A DNA stretch of 64,000 bases from Octopus sinensis (GCF_006345805.1 NC_043005.1:52390001-52454000), one strand, 5' to 3'. Positions 40,184-55,658 are shown, counted from the stretch's first letter. The notes: a model not told the origin generated them from the sequence alone. Numbers and translations: made by a program.

Positions 40184-41085
40184 TACTTTACAAATACACA
40201 CACACACACACATATATATATAAGTATATATATACATACATATATATATATATATATATAATAATAATATATATTTATACATATACATAAAACATTCATA
40301 CATACATATATACATACATGCATACATACATATATATACATACTTGCATTCATACATACACTTATACATATTATATACATCCATGCGTATATAGATGCTT
40401 ACATACATAAATTCATACATACATGCATACATACATACATATAAAGGACTCTGACACAAGCAAGGTGCCTTCGATTGAAAACAAAAGGAAGCCAATGATA
40501 ATAAAAAAAACTGTCAAGTGAAAAGAAAATAATTATTGATATGTTATTTAACCGTTAGATAGGAATGTATGAGGAAATAAACAGAGCATGCTTTCAAAAC
40601 ATGATGAAGCCCGTCCTTCGCCTTGTCCTCCTCCAGTCTTCTTGCTAATCTTCCTTATCTCTGTCCTCTCGTATTCTGTTGCAAGTGTTTTTGTTGTTAT
40701 CTCCCTTGATGCCATTCTCCTTATGACTGTTCTTTTTTTTTCCCCTATCTTGTTTTTTTTCTTTGGTGGTGGGGGGGTTTCTTTCTTTTTTTTTTTTTGC
40801 TTTTGCACCGATTAACTTAGCGTTAGTTGCAAACAAATCGATCTCTCTGGATTGATTTTGCAATTTACAATAAAAATAGCGAAAAGTCATTGGGTTGCAC
40901 AAAAGAAGCTCTCAACAACTATTTTTTTTCAAATACGATTGCATTGACTGTTGATCAATGGCAATACTAAAAAGAACTTACCCACCCCTGCGCTATATAT
41001 ATATATATATATATACATATATATACAAATATATATATACATATATAAATATATATCTGTACATATACATACATATATATACATA

Positions 41086-41149
<64 letters not shown>

Positions 41150-42192
41150 AACACAATCGTATACGTGTATGCCTTCGTGTGTGGCTTTGTAGATTGGGTT
41201 AAAGCTATCAGTGTTGATGAACATATTTACAGAAATGAAGTGCACTCCGAGTGTTTTTTATGTAGCTTTTTGTTTGCTTCTTTTCTATAGTATATAAAAG
41301 TTAGTATAATACATAAAATACAAGAAGTTATTTTGGGGTATCATCAACTTCCTAAATTTCACATTCTGTTTTATAAGTATGTATGTATATGTATGTATGT
41401 CATTAATCAGTTTTATTTCAAGATTTGCCAATGGAGAAAGAATCAGTTTCTAACCTAGATCAAAGGATCCTTCATAGGAATTTCAACAACATCAGCTGAG
41501 TATTTTTACATATATCTGTGCATATGTGCAATACTTTGAGTCAGCGCACGTGCAAATTTGTATGCTTTGTTTTATGTGTATATTCTCTTGCATATAATTG
41601 CATATTTAGATATGCACATATATACTTAAATGATAAACTTCTGGAATCTTTGCATATTTTTACGGTTCCAGCGTTGGCTTGGATCTGCAGGTTTCGAATC
41701 AGCTTTTTCCTTTCTGATTTTGAGAAGCTTATTTTCTCAATATTGGTACTTAACCTGCGTGTTACATATCCCAGTGCCACCATAATTACAGGTATAAATT
41801 TGAACTTGTAATCTGGGTAGAGTAACTGTACATTTTACAGTAGTTCAGCGTAGATATTTTCTTTTTTGCTTTTATATTGACATCTGCCGGGCAGCTGATG
41901 TCCACTACTGTACACAGTTTCCCTTCTCTGTCCCAAATTACCATATCAGGTATGTAGTATTTACATTATATTGAGGTTTTCGCCTGTACACCGTGTTATG
42001 TATGATTGTATGCATGTATGATTGTATGCGTGAATGATTGTATGCATGTATGCATGTATGTGATGATGAAGTGATTGGTGTGTCATCTGCCTGGTGGATT
42101 ATTTTGGTGGATTGAAGGGATTCAGGGCTGCCAACCCCCAATCATTTTATTATCATAGACAATAATACGCACATGCACAAACACACACAAAC

Positions 42193-42232
<40 letters not shown>

Positions 42233-42233
42233 A

Positions 42234-42309
<76 letters not shown>

Positions 42310-44431
42310 AAGGTATTTCAGTCGCAACTTAGCGCAACTTCCTAGACAGTACATTATGTGCTCGTAATTTTTAACACAAAGTAGAGTGATATGCATGATA
42401 TTTGCCTATTATTACTAGCATATCAAGTGACCACGTAAACGTCCTACCTTGTTCAGTCCATGATAATTAATTTGACGGGTTGATGAAGTGATCTGGTATG
42501 CTTTCTGCAAATAGAACTCTAAAATTCAAGACTAGTTATTTATTCCAGATTTAAGTAACATTACATGTTGTTATACAGATACGAAGTCTTTGGTCTAAAA
42601 AAGAACATTTCTTTCTAGAAGTTTATAAAAATCGTAGAGATAATCAATTTTCTTTTTTCAGTTGAGCGTATATTGTAAGTCCTACTGGGTTTTGTAACTG
42701 CTTATTCTGAGAGCAAGCGCAGCACCTCGACTTAGTAGAAACGGTTTAATAATTTAGAAACTCAGCCTCCGTTCGTAATTTGAACCTTTGTTTAATTAAG
42801 AACAACGTGCCACGAAATTTAATAAAAGAAGTTTCGTTTCCAAACAACGACGTGCTTCCTTAGGGTCTGCAGCAGATTCTTCTATTTGGTAATGGTATCA
42901 CGTTTCAGCACTTGGGTGTAAAAGTTACTCATCTGTTTAGTTACGTCATTACTGCCGAAAGACAAACGGAGGAAAGTCACACAACGTCATTCCTCTTTCG
43001 TTATTAATCTGATGGAAGTTCTGTAGTTACATATGAAATCGATATTGTCAGTTCCAGGTGTAAGACTGCCAAAGAAAGACAATAGTGACACATACTATAA
43101 GAATTATATTGCCAAAAGTATGAAGATTACAGAGAATCGTGTATGAGGCATCTAGAAGGAACGTGTGTGGCCAATGTTTGAATTTCGGATTTCGGTTGAC
43201 ACTATAAAATATTAATTTGTAAATGTGTAATACACACAAACACACACATATACATGTATGTATATATATATATATGTATATACATTTATACATACATACA
43301 CACACACACACACAACACATATATATATATATATATTAACGTATTAATTTGCAAGAGACAAGTTCCAAGGTCAATAATACTCGTCATTATTAATAAATTC
43401 CAGGGTAGCAAAAAAAAATAAGTTAAGAAAATTTCTTTGCTACCATTGGTCTAGCGAGAAGAAAAAAAATAGTCAATAGACTTCATATTATTCATATAAA
43501 AATACTGTGTACATTTAAACACATAAGAGATCACCATAATAGGACATCTGACACGCTAGAAGGAGTAGTTAAACTCCAAAATACTATTAGGGATAATTTC
43601 GAAAGTGAAAGTTAACAAATATGTGTATTGAAAATAATAAGATGAATATAAGACAATTAAGAACATCAAATTAATTTTTCTTATAGTTTACTTGTTGAAA
43701 TTAACAAATATATTAGATACTGTAATATTTCAGAAATTTGTACGCCAATGAGAACATTAAATTATGAATACTAGAATATTCGTATCTATGTATATGTACA
43801 TATATATCATGCATATATTTGTATGTATTTGTATGAATATATGAGTATATATATATGAGTATATAAGTATATATGCATATATTTACGTATGTAATGTACG
43901 CATGTATGTATGTAATGTACGCATTATGTATGTAATGCACGCATGAATGTATGTATGCGAATGTGTGTGTAAGCACGCGTTTAGGCATGTATGTATTTAT
44001 TTAGTTACACTGCCAATTATAGATGATATTAGGGGAAACACTTCGAAAGTATGTCATGATTGGCGCCATTTTGTCAAATGCACCTGCTACTGCACTTCTT
44101 GATCAAGCTTATCTCTCTCTCTTGCAGATAACCATGTTCACAACAGGGAGTTGGAAATGGAACAAGAAGGCTCCAAGAATATGTTTTATTATTTTTATGT
44201 GCCAAAATAAGGAGAACGCGCTTTTAATATCGTGTAAGATTCATGTGAGCTACGTAGAACATGGATGATGTGAAATAACCAACCGGAGTATTTAGGTATG
44301 CGATGCAGTTTCGTTTCTCATTCGTGACTGAGCATGTATGTATTTGTATACATATTACATCAAGATTTTTGTTTAATAAAACAATATACTCGCTATCTAC
44401 ACTTCGGTTCTCTTATCTATCCACTCCTATA

Positions 44432-44680
44432 TATTGGGTTGGCAACTAAGTTACAACCGCTCTTTTATAATCCATTCACCCTTCTTGTTTACAACCTCTT
44501 CCCAACGTTCAACAAGATTTTCAATACCTCATTGGTAGAAATCACTCGATTTCGACTCGAAAAATTGATCCAACCAAGCTCTCATTTCTGCATCAGTATT
44601 GAACGAAACTCCGCGCATAGCATTTGAAAGAGATCGAAACAGGTGGGAATCCGTTAGTACCAAATCAGGAGAGTACACCG
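44432..44680 (-). mobile_element. Mariner 3' fragment with TIR
   Basis: YSPDLVLTDSHLFRSLSNAMRGVSF...FFESKSSDFY..GIENLVERWEEVV; TIR TATTGGGTTGGCAACTAAG. Confidence 0.9.
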
Positions 44681-45699
44681 CACCCCTTAACATATGATGT
44701 TTAAAAATTTAGGAAAAAATCTAGTGCAAATATCATGTAATTTTACAGTCGAAAGTTGCGTTAATTGTTTTGTAATCGTATCCGAATCATATTGGTGAGT
44801 CAAATATATCAAGAGGTTTTAATTAGATGCCGATTCTTAGTGATACTGAATGTAAACGTCTTCTTACTCTGAGTAGCAGACTCACTGTGAAGCTAATGAG
44901 GAATTCGATAGTCTTCAGTGATGAGGAATATTGTTGATACGAGGGTAATTTTTAAGTGATATTGCTGTTACTTCAGAAAGGAATCGAAAAAATTGAAAAC
45001 ATATCCGACATTTTATATGCTTAAAATTTAATTCTTTCATTGTTTTTCTTTATTAGTCAGCACTATTTTGTGTTATACAACCTGTGTGTGTATGTGTGTG
45101 TATATGTGTGTGTGTGAGAGAGAATATATATATGTATATGTGTGTGTATATATATATTTACGCATATATATAGGGTCGGGTAAAGACACATATAGGCCCT
45201 AAGCACTTAAAAGGTTTTGGTACCCTCAAGAATATGTAAATGGTTCAAAATGTAAAAGAAAAATAATTTAAAATGTAAACGATAATAAACCATAAAATAT
45301 TTTTTTGTTTTTCAAAATGAAACAAAATTCCCAATAAGATGGAAAATAATGCTTATTTTTGTATGCTTCCATTTTATTTATATTTGAAAAGATTTCTCCT
45401 TTGTTTTGTTTTTTTATTCTTAATTGCAAAGTTTTTGATGATATCGTTAAAATTACTTTTATGTAAAACTTCTCCATCTTTACTTAGTAGAGATAAACCA
45501 TTACAAATATTATTTTAGAAAGTTGAGAGTGATTTTTTTCGTGCCGTAAACCATTTTCATTTCTGTGGTACCCCCATCCCTTGATGTGTGTGTGTGTGTA
45601 CATCCATGCGTAGAATTTTGCCCGAGTTGGCTCACAGCTTTAACTTGGTTCCCTCTTTGTGACAAGGTAGGATACTTTTTCAGAGGTCATAGAATTTTG

Positions 45700-46120
45700 T
45701 GGTACTGAATGATATTTTAGTCAATCTAGATATTGCATATTGCGTCTGGTTCTTGTTACGACGCTTAGATACCATGTTTTGCCTTCAACTAAGGCATCAA
45801 TTTGGTACCGCCTCGAAGGTCACTGCTTATGCTCAACTTTATACTTTTCGCTAGGTCTGACAGCATGACAAGAAAGACATGGGGATTCAGAAGAATGTCT
45901 TGTGGACCTCCACTTAGCAGCTCAGCATTTTGGGATAGTGCTCTGTTTGCTGTCACTGTTTGACTTCATTTTATCGGGAAACCGGATATCGGAATACCAG
46001 ATCTTCCAGTTATTCAGTTTGACACAACATTTCACGAATGACCTTGTCAAGGGTTTAGCGAAATCAAGGCATGCTCAGTCAACAATTGATCCAGAGAGCA
46101 GATACTTGAGAATTTTGTTG
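45700..46120 (-). pseudogene. Decayed CR1-type RT fragment
   Basis: CLDFAK, GGPQDILLNPHVFLVMLSDL (GVPQGxVLGPLLF) and a degenerate ADDTK motif in the expected order. Confidence 0.55.
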
Positions 46121-46236
46121 TATTGTTTTAGAAGCTGTGATAGTCAGTAACACACACAAACATCACACACAAAAACGTGCGTGTGGGTATCTAAATACAT
46201 ACATGTATATCTAAATGTGACAATGTGACAGCATGA

Positions 46237-46270
<34 letters not shown>

Positions 46271-46439
46271 GTGTGTGTGTGCATGTGTGTGTATGTGTGT
46301 AGTAATATATGCCCACACACAACCGTACATATATTTATTCACAATAAATACGTAACCATGTAATATTCGGATGTATTTCTATATGAAAACACACATATGT
46401 GCATATGCGTCTGCGTGTATGTATGTATGTATGTATGTA

Positions 46440-46483
<44 letters not shown>

Positions 46484-47169
46484 ATGTATAAAGTGACGTA
46501 CGGATATATGTGTGCGCGAATTCGATTATATATTCTTAGAAACTACTCGTGTGTTCATCTCAGACTCTTAGTTCCCAGACACCCACGAACTAAAAATGTC
46601 TAACTCCAAGAATGTAACGATTTATTCTAATATTTTGAAGCGAGTAATAATAGTAATAATTTCTTCTCTAAATTTGGCTTTGCATATACAATTAATCACG
46701 ATGATCAGTGAAGTGAAATACATTGTTATACTTCTATAGTTAGCCAAGTCACCTAACTGTCTCGTACGGTGTCAGCCACCATCTTAGCAAAATGCGACGT
46801 TTTGTTGTATTAACTGTGTGTATATGTGTGCGCATATTTGTGTGTGAGTGCGCTTGTGCGTACGTGTACAAATATTTCAATGTTTTTATTTCACCTAGTA
46901 TGTATGTATGTATGTATGTATAGATATACACATGTATGTATGGTAGTAAGCATGCATTCTATATAAGTCTTCCGCATAGGTGTCTCTGTCATTTTTGGTA
47001 CATGTGTAGCTTTTTATATTGTATATATATATATACACACACACATATATGCGTGTGTGTGTATGTATTTATGTATGCATCTATGTATCTATGTGTCTAT
47101 CCAGGTATATACGTATGTATACGTAAATATGCAAACATACATATGTGTGTGCATGTGTACATATATATA

Positions 47170-47208
<39 letters not shown>

Positions 47209-48030
47209 GCACTTGTACGTAGGCATGTATTTATGAATGTGCATGTATTCTTCTTCACGTGTTGTTTTTAAATATATGAATTACCCAAACACTTTTCTTT
47301 TTTCATATATTCTATTTTCATATTTTGCTTTTACACACGTTATTTCTTTTACAATTTGTTCACTGCTTTTAGCTTGTTCATTTCTTTCTTTTTTTTATAT
47401 TTTTGCTTGTTTATATTTATTTGTTCATTGTTTATCGTCTGCCATTCATTCATTATTTGTCAGAACATTCTTAACACGACAGATATTATCATCAGGTCAT
47501 GAGTACTTGTACGTGACTATAACGCAGTCACAGCACTCTACTCCAAATAAATAAACCTCTAATTCTAAAAAGAAAAACCGAACACGGTGGCTATAGGCCA
47601 GACGACAGCGTGTCGCGGAAGGAGAAAAAGCGAACGATGCGGCCATATTAAGCTTGTTGTTCTACAAACACTGTGTGATTCTCTAAAAACTAAAACGACA
47701 CTTCAGAAGTGTTAAACAGCTAACTGCTTCGGAATCGACAGCAACAACAATTAGGACAACATGGATGTCTGTAGAGGAATGATGTTTATTAGCACTATGT
47801 GTGAATATATAAATATATATATATGTATATATATATGTATATATATTTATATATGTATCTGTGTGAGTATACACGCACGCAGCCACGAATGCAGCCACAC
47901 ACGAACGAACACACACACACGAACACACACACGCACAAACACACATGTATGTATGTTATTGACATAATAAACTTACCGCGATAAAACCCATACATATATG
48001 TATATATATGTATATATATATGTATGTATA

Positions 48031-48089
<59 letters not shown>

Positions 48090-48509
48090 ATATGTATGAG
48101 TGTACATGTGTGTGTGCGTGTGTGTGCTTGCGTGTGTGGGTAAATGTAGATATATATACGCACACACATAATAATTCTTTGGACCTTGGGTATATGTCAA
48201 TTAGTATACCGATTAAAGGACATTCAGCGTTTGGGCTATCTGATATCATCCACAGTTACGGCAAAAATTTCACTGGATTTACGTCAGGAATTCTGCAGTC
48301 TTCGTTTGGTTTATAATTGATGAGGGAAACGGAAAATGGATTTTGTGGGAATCTTTATCCAACGCAACGATCGTTTCGACCCATCCTGCAGAAGTCCCTT
48401 AGGGATAAGATATTGTGCATCTAGTTGTGGTGCATCAACCAGTGCCGTCTGTGTCTCCTCAGGTGTTTCGTACTTACACATACCTACAAAACACACATAC
48501 ATGCATTTT

Positions 48510-49800
48510 CAGTACTAGTGCTGATCCCAACATTTGGGATACTTGAATGGTCTGTAGAGGAAATCTACTCCTGGCAACAACTGGGAACTGCCACAGAAAC
48601 AGTAATGTTGACAGGTTCTACCTAATAAGAAATAAAGATGGTAGAAGCCTGAGATCAAGGCAGACGGCCTTCGAATGCCGTATAGTATCACCCAGACAGC
48701 ACCTACTAAACAACAGCAAAAATAAATATATAAATGTACTGCTGAAAAGTGAAGTGAGCAACATTATACGAGTTGGCAGTGAACTCCTCAAGAAGCATTC
48801 TCTTCCTGATGATCTCCTATATAGCCCCAAAACAGTTCGGCTCTCTTACCTCAGAGAAGACCTGGATGGAAAGCACTCAATATACAATAGAAAAAATAGA
48901 CTATGCACGGGTATGTTCCTCGGAAGCTTGAAGAAGGCAGTAGAATTGACACGAAGCGCACCCTTTCTTGGACACAAGACTGCTACATCACATCAACCAT
49001 TGAAGGGTATGCGTTTGCAATCCAGAAACAGAAGATTGCCACAAAGTACCTGGTGAACAAAAGAGACAGTAACGCTCTTGTAATCCCAAGGCCCTGCCAC
49101 ATGTGTAGGCTATGTCATGTCTCTGTGGAAAACATCACGCATGTGATTAGAAGCTCTCCTAAAATATCGTCACGGTACTCTCTGTGGAAAACATCACGCA
49201 TGTGATTAGAAGCTGCCCTAAAATATTGTCACGGTACTACCTCACTATGCGGCACGATGTTGTCGCTAAAACAATTTCCAATGCCATCCGCAAAAAAGAC
49301 TGTCCTGAAATAAGCTTATAAAATCCCTGTTATCGAATACATTCATTAACATCAACTCAAGGAATACTGGTGGAATATTCCCATCAAAATGTATGTTAAA
49401 TGTAAACATAACAGGCTGGATATTGTTGTTTGGACAGAGGGAAAAAGGTATGTACCATCATAGAAGTCAGCTGCCCTGACTTAAAGGAAGAGAGGATATC
49501 TATGGGCAACTGCTTCGAAACCTCCAACTTCTATATCCAGACTATGGTATGAATTCATATTCATACCAATAATAATTGAAGCACTAGGTTTTATTAGTAA
49601 ATGCTTAAAAGAGAATCTGGATAAACTGGGACTTTCAGAAAGAGAAATCGACCGGCTAAGTAGTACATTGCAAGTGCACTCAAGTTCCAAATGTGAATTT
49701 GTCTGTGTTAACTACATCCCAAAGATGGGGCCTTGTATCTTTACTGGAAACTGACTCCCTCCTCAGTGGAAGATTTAAGATAATTAAAAAATAGAAGAGA
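48510..49800 (+). pseudogene. 3' part of RLE-type (R4/Dong-like) LINE: post-RT domain, CCHC knuckle, restriction-like endonuclease, 3' UTR
   Basis: PTFGILEW, NVDRFYL, CRLC-X8-H-X4-C, RHDVVAK, HNRLDIVVW, IIEVSCP, PIIIEALG; frameshifted. Confidence 0.9.
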
Positions 49801-49847
49801 CATACATAATATATACATACATACTTACATATATATATATATATTAT

Positions 49848-49891
<44 letters not shown>

Positions 49892-49994
49892 CATACATAC
49901 ATACATACATACAATACATACATACATACATACATACATACATACATACATACATACTACATACATACATAATATATATGCATACAAACACACG

Positions 49995-50150
49995 TTTTAC
50001 GTTCTGAGTTCAAATTCCACCGAGGTCGACTTTGCTTTTCATCCTTGGTTTCGATAAAATAAGTACTACCTTAATACTGGAGTTGATGTTATCGATTTAC
50101 ACCCTACTCTGAAATTGCTAGCCTTGTGCCAAAATTTAAAACCAATATTT
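49995..50150 (+). mobile_element. SINE family 1, headless
   Basis: TTACGTTCTGAGTTCAAATTCCACCGAGGTCGAC... Confidence 0.8.
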
Positions 50151-51244
50151 GCTTATTAACTCACGATGATATCAAACCATGAATTTTAGCTTATTCTCCA
50201 TAAAAAAATCTGATTTTAATTGTTCGATTTATTCTTTGTCAACAGTTTACTAATGTATGTCAGTTTTTGTTTTCTGTTGTTTTTCTTTTGTTTTTTGTAA
50301 CTATATTTTGAGATATTTGTAATTATACGTTTCGTATATTGTAACAGGAAGTGATATGATGCGTTCGACATAGATCCTTATCAGAGAGTAAAGTTCGCGA
50401 GGACTTTACTCGAATCATTATTACTTTTGTCTCCCCACGGCATACAAACTTATGTAGAAATTTATACGAACTTTACTGAAATATATTTGCTGACGCAGGC
50501 GACTACAACTTACCTCGGGCTTTAGTTTTTAGTTGTTATTCATTTTGAGATTTCCATCTTCTAGTTGCAAATTTATGCATCTCAGTCTTATTTTCGCCTA
50601 TACTCAGTCAAATGTTTCTTGGGCCCCGCTTAATTTATATGACTATACGCAATAGGTGAATTATTAATTAGAAAGTGATTAGCAATTAGTAACTTATTAG
50701 TAATTTAAATTTTTGTTTAAGCATTGTGTATATGCGTAGTGAAACCATATATGCCGTGTATTAAAACAGCATTGTAATGAACACATTTAGATAGCCGCAT
50801 GGATATTCAATTAAAGCTCTTGTTCGCAGATCGCAATCTGAAATCCGTCGCAAGATTTATTTTAAAGGCAAAGGTTTAGGAGCAAAAAATTCCATGCTAA
50901 GCGACGCAGGTGACTTAAATATATGATCAAATACATTTCATGAACGGTCAAATTATCATTATCTGAGACTCAATATATGTAGACTACATTATGGAATGTT
51001 CCGTTCGTTTTGTAAGATATTTGTGTTTATTAAAGGTCAATAATATTGCTTGGAGGTAGTGTGAAGACAGTCTCCCTTGTTACTCGGCATCAAATAACAT
51101 ATTGTAATTCTTATTATTGAAGTAGCTGAATCTGAGATCAGCTGTCAACGAAAGGTGTTCAAGGTGTGAATATCCTATCTGTAATTTCAGACTGTCTCTT
51201 TCTAAAGGTATATTATCCATTGTGTTCACCTTTTGTCGCGAGTA

Positions 51245-51902
51245 CGAGGGTCGGTTAAAATTTTCAAAACCTGACTACGAAGGAGTGATGCTTGAACTGC
51301 TAAATTCATTAATTTAAATCCTTATGAATAACTGCATGAAAGGAAAATCTGGCACTCTTTGAGACACATCCAGCTGGTTTCCTTAAATGTTTCGCAACCC
51401 AGAGGATGTGTGCTGGGTTCATCACTTTGAACCAGACACAAAGAAACAATGCATGCAATGGAAACTCCCCGCCTCTCTTGATCCCAAGAACGCCAAGATC
51501 GTTTCATCTGCAGGGAAGGTGACAGTATCAGATTTTTGGGATGCAAAAGGTAATGACATGAATGATGAGTACTATGCCAACTTGATAAGGCGGTTACGAA
51601 ATGCTATCAATACAAAAAGAAAAAAACAGGAAAACTGACGAAAGGGTACTTGTTTCATGCTGTTGTGCATGACTGTAGCTTTTAACGGGTTGATCACCTT
51701 CCCTATTCTGATTTGGTTACATCTAACTATCATCTGTTCCCCAGCATGAAAAAAGTATTGACTGGGAACCAGTATCGCAGTGATGTTGACGTCATATCTA
51801 CTGTTCATGAATTGCTTGACCACGAGGATGAAAACTTCTTTACCAATGGGATCGAAGCACTCCAAAACCGATGACAGAAGTGTGTGGCTATGTTGAAAAA
51901 TA
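51245..51902 (+). mobile_element. Internally deleted mariner transposase pseudogene
   Basis: TA|CGAGGG 5' end; WVHHFEPDTKKQCMQW, SAGKV, FWDAKG, YHLFPSMKK, GIEALQNR. Confidence 0.9.
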
Positions 51903-52649
51903 CAGCTGGGGGGAAAACACATACGCCACAGAAACCGGGAAACCGGGCCATTGATCCTGGCTAGGCTTCGAAAGGCCGCAAAAGAGAAAAAGAGATTAGT
52001 GTATATTTATTTATCAGTCTATGAACATTTCAGCGTACCTTCGCACACAGTACAATTTGTTTCCTATTTCTGATGAGGTTCTTCATTGTCTGGTCAAGCT
52101 GTGAGTCGTTTACATCCATAAGTAAAGATTACTGCTGAAAGTAATTACACCATTGATTTATACCAGGTTTACTTGGTGAGCTTACACGGGCGTAACCATA
52201 ACTTGTAATAAGCTTATTTATACAGCATGACTAGAGTGGTACTGCAGACCAGATTACTAATGGAATGGAATATGTATACATATGTAGATAGATATTCATA
52301 TATATTCCTATACGCGTATATATGCATTTATAATATAGATATGAATGTATGTATCTGTCTGTATCTATCAATGTACGCCTGTGTATATATATATATATAT
52401 ATACATATATATGTATACATATATATATGTATATATATATAAACATCTGTGTGTGTGTATACATGCATACATACGTATACACACACATAAACACACACAC
52501 ATATAAATATATACATGGACATATACACATGCGTGTGTATATTGTCTAGCATTGTGCGTCTGTTGACGTATATGTTTGTGCACATTATATATATATACGT
52601 GTATGTGTATGTGTGTGTATGCGTGTGTGTGTATGTATGTGTGTGTATG

Positions 52650-52710
<61 letters not shown>

Positions 52711-52735
52711 ATATCTATATATATATATATATATA

Positions 52736-52783
<48 letters not shown>

Positions 52784-53048
52784 TATGTATATATGCTTCA
52801 GTGTGTGGAAATGCTCGGTTTTCAAGAACTTGTATTTGTATTATTACTGTGAAAGTTGTGATGTTCTCTCTTAGTTAATATCCCCTTATGATTTACGGTC
52901 AAAAATGGATTGTCCTAATTGCACTGAGCCTAATAGAATGCACAAACATCAGGAGTGATTTCATTTTTTACTATGAATTACAAATCCTTTAGCGACGGTG
53001 GAACCCCAGCAGAGCCAGAGCTTTGAACTGAAACTGATAAAACAATAC

Positions 53049-53094
<46 letters not shown>

Positions 53095-53142
53095 GCGTGT
53101 TTGCACGCGTATTCACTCTTCGTTTCTAAGAGATCATTGCTC

Positions 53143-53221
<79 letters not shown>

Positions 53222-53270
53222 AATTTATCTTTCCATCGATCTGTCTGTATCATTGTTGCGTGTATGTGTG

Positions 53271-54079
53271 GGCATAACTACAGATGTGTACTCCACCGAC
53301 TCTGTTGCCTCATAACTTCCAGAAAAATGGATACTTTCTAACAAAATTTTCAACAAATGTTTCTTATATAGAGATTTATGGAAAAAACTTTTCCGAGGAG
53401 ATGGGAAGAGTTGTTTCGGAAAATTCACACGATCCAAATTTTTTTGTTCATAACTTCCAGGAATATGGATTTCTTTTAATGAAATTTTATACAAATTCCT
53501 TTGAAACGGCATAGATTACGACTACAGATAAATTTAAATCACTCACCTTTTCCTCTGAAAATATTAACAATTCATTTTTTTTTACCGAAAAGCCTCTCCC
53601 ATGGCTTTGAAGTGCAAAAAAGAAAAAAAAATATTGCCAAAATCGTTTCGGAGTGGGATGATGACGTGGGAGTGTAAAAAATTTTTTAAAGCATATTTTC
53701 ATTAAAAGATGTTCCCCAGCCACATCATTTCCAAGGCTGTAGCTTAAAAAGGGGGGAAATCCTCGTCAAAACGGAGTAGTCGCAGCTTATTTGGTCTTCC
53801 TGATTCGAAACTCCGTTGTTCGAAACTCCTCTTCCTAACTCATAGGAAAAAAAATTGCCCTCAAATTTCTTTATAATCGTAATCTATGCCGTTTGAAAGT
53901 TATTTATTTGAAACTGCTCTCCTCACGCCCACGAGAATATTCTTTCCCGTAAACCCCCATATACTCTAAATTCACATCATCTAAGCGGTATTTGCTAAAA
54001 ATTTCGTTAAAAGGTATCCAGTTTTCTGGAAGTTATGAAGCAACAAAATCGGGTGGGGATTAACACCTCTAGTTATGCC
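53271..54079. mobile_element. Fold-back/MITE-like element with ~90-bp imperfect terminal inverted repeats
   Basis: GGCATAACTA...CATAACTTCCAGAAAA inverted at both ends; internal inverted 17-mer AAACGGCATAGATTACG / CGTAATCTATGCCGTTT; no TSD found. Confidence 0.65.
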
Positions 54080-54598
54080 AGTTTTGTTTGTGTGCTTGCG
54101 TGCTTGTCTGTAATTTAATGAAAGCATATTCTAAACATAAGTTACACCTGAAATGTGAATACTAACGGAAAAAAACAAGTTTCGCGTAAAACGGACCACG
54201 GACTCCGAGATAGGCGTTTTTCCTAGGTACCTTCCTAAATAGCCAAACGGTGCATAATGGGAAAATACTTTGGAAGTAACACAACCCTGAAATGGGAAAA
54301 TTGTTTCCATTAATTTTATGTTGTGCATAAATAATTGCTGCTACTGGAGTTCAAATTTATTCCAGTAGTTCTATTTTTATTACAGGTTGTAAACAACCAA
54401 TAAAGGCTTAAATATGAACTTGTAAACCAGACTTTTCACGACGCGAACGAATTGAAATATTTAACTGTATCATCATAAAACTAACTTTCATTTCAATGCA
54501 ATGTTGAAATCAGCTTCAATGTTTTATAACCTGAATCGTCAGTGACCCTAAAAGTTCACGGGTAGTCTAGTCTAGTATATATATATATATACATACAC

Positions 54599-54638
<40 letters not shown>

Positions 54639-54742
54639 ATGTGTGTGTGTGTGTATGTGGTGGGGTGTGTGTGTGTATATATATATGTATACATATGTAT
54701 ATATACATATATGTATACAGACATATATACTTACATAAAAAA

Positions 54743-54798
<56 letters not shown>

Positions 54799-55223
54799 TT
54801 CTTTGTATTTGTATATATACATATTGTGTGCATACACACACACACATATATGGTTTGATATATATATATATATATATATATAGGTCTTTGCAGATATTCC
54901 GTTAAGCGATTTCACTCACAAATTATTGCCAGTGGGAGTAGGGCGGAAACTATGTATTTCGAATCTAAACTTCTTAACCATACTTTCAGGCCTGTAATTG
55001 TCGTTAAGTGTCGTTGATTTCTTAATTGTTTGCTTCCAATTTTTCATATTCTATAAGCCGGACATACATATCGAAACTGTTAATATTTTATAAAAGTCAC
55101 TTAATGTAACAATATATTGAAAAAAAAGAGATCCTTAAGCTTAATTTAATGCTCTTTCCAACATCTACTTTTTAACTATAAATTTTGATTTGTATGAATT
55201 ATAAACCCATTTTCAGCAAAATA

Positions 55224-55560
55224 TATCTTTTGCTTGTTTCAGTCATTTAACTGTGGCCATTTCGGGGGATCACTTTGAAGGGGTTTTAGTCGAACAATTC
55301 GACCCTAGGCCTTTTACTACTTACTTTATGGCTTTGTCTTAGCGAACCGCTAGTTTACAGAAACACAAATATAACACCAACGACTGTCAACGCTGGTGGT
55401 GGTGGTGGGGGGGGGAAGACACAGACATAGACATACATACACACATACACACACATACATTTATATTCGAGAGGATTTTTTTGTTTCAGCTTCTTTCTAC
55501 CAAATTCACTCTCGAGGCTTTGATCGAATCGTGGCTATAGTACAAAACACTTGCTCAAGG
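55224..55560 (-). mobile_element. SINE family 2, lacking tRNA head
   Basis: Body and 3' end in reverse. Confidence 0.7.
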
Positions 55561-55611
55561 CAATTAAACAAATATGCGAGTATGTATATATATATATATA
55601 TGTATAATATA

Positions 55612-55658
<47 letters not shown>

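Noticed and set aside
46750-47660. YY1/Kozak-like AAGATGGTGGC (minus) and CpG-rich patch at ~47580-47650 as a promoter
   Set aside because: ATG followed by a stop after 9 codons; no independent evidence
53547-53554. 8-nt minus-strand microexon with AAG|GTGAGT donor
   Set aside because: Lies within the fold-back repeat; weak acceptor tract
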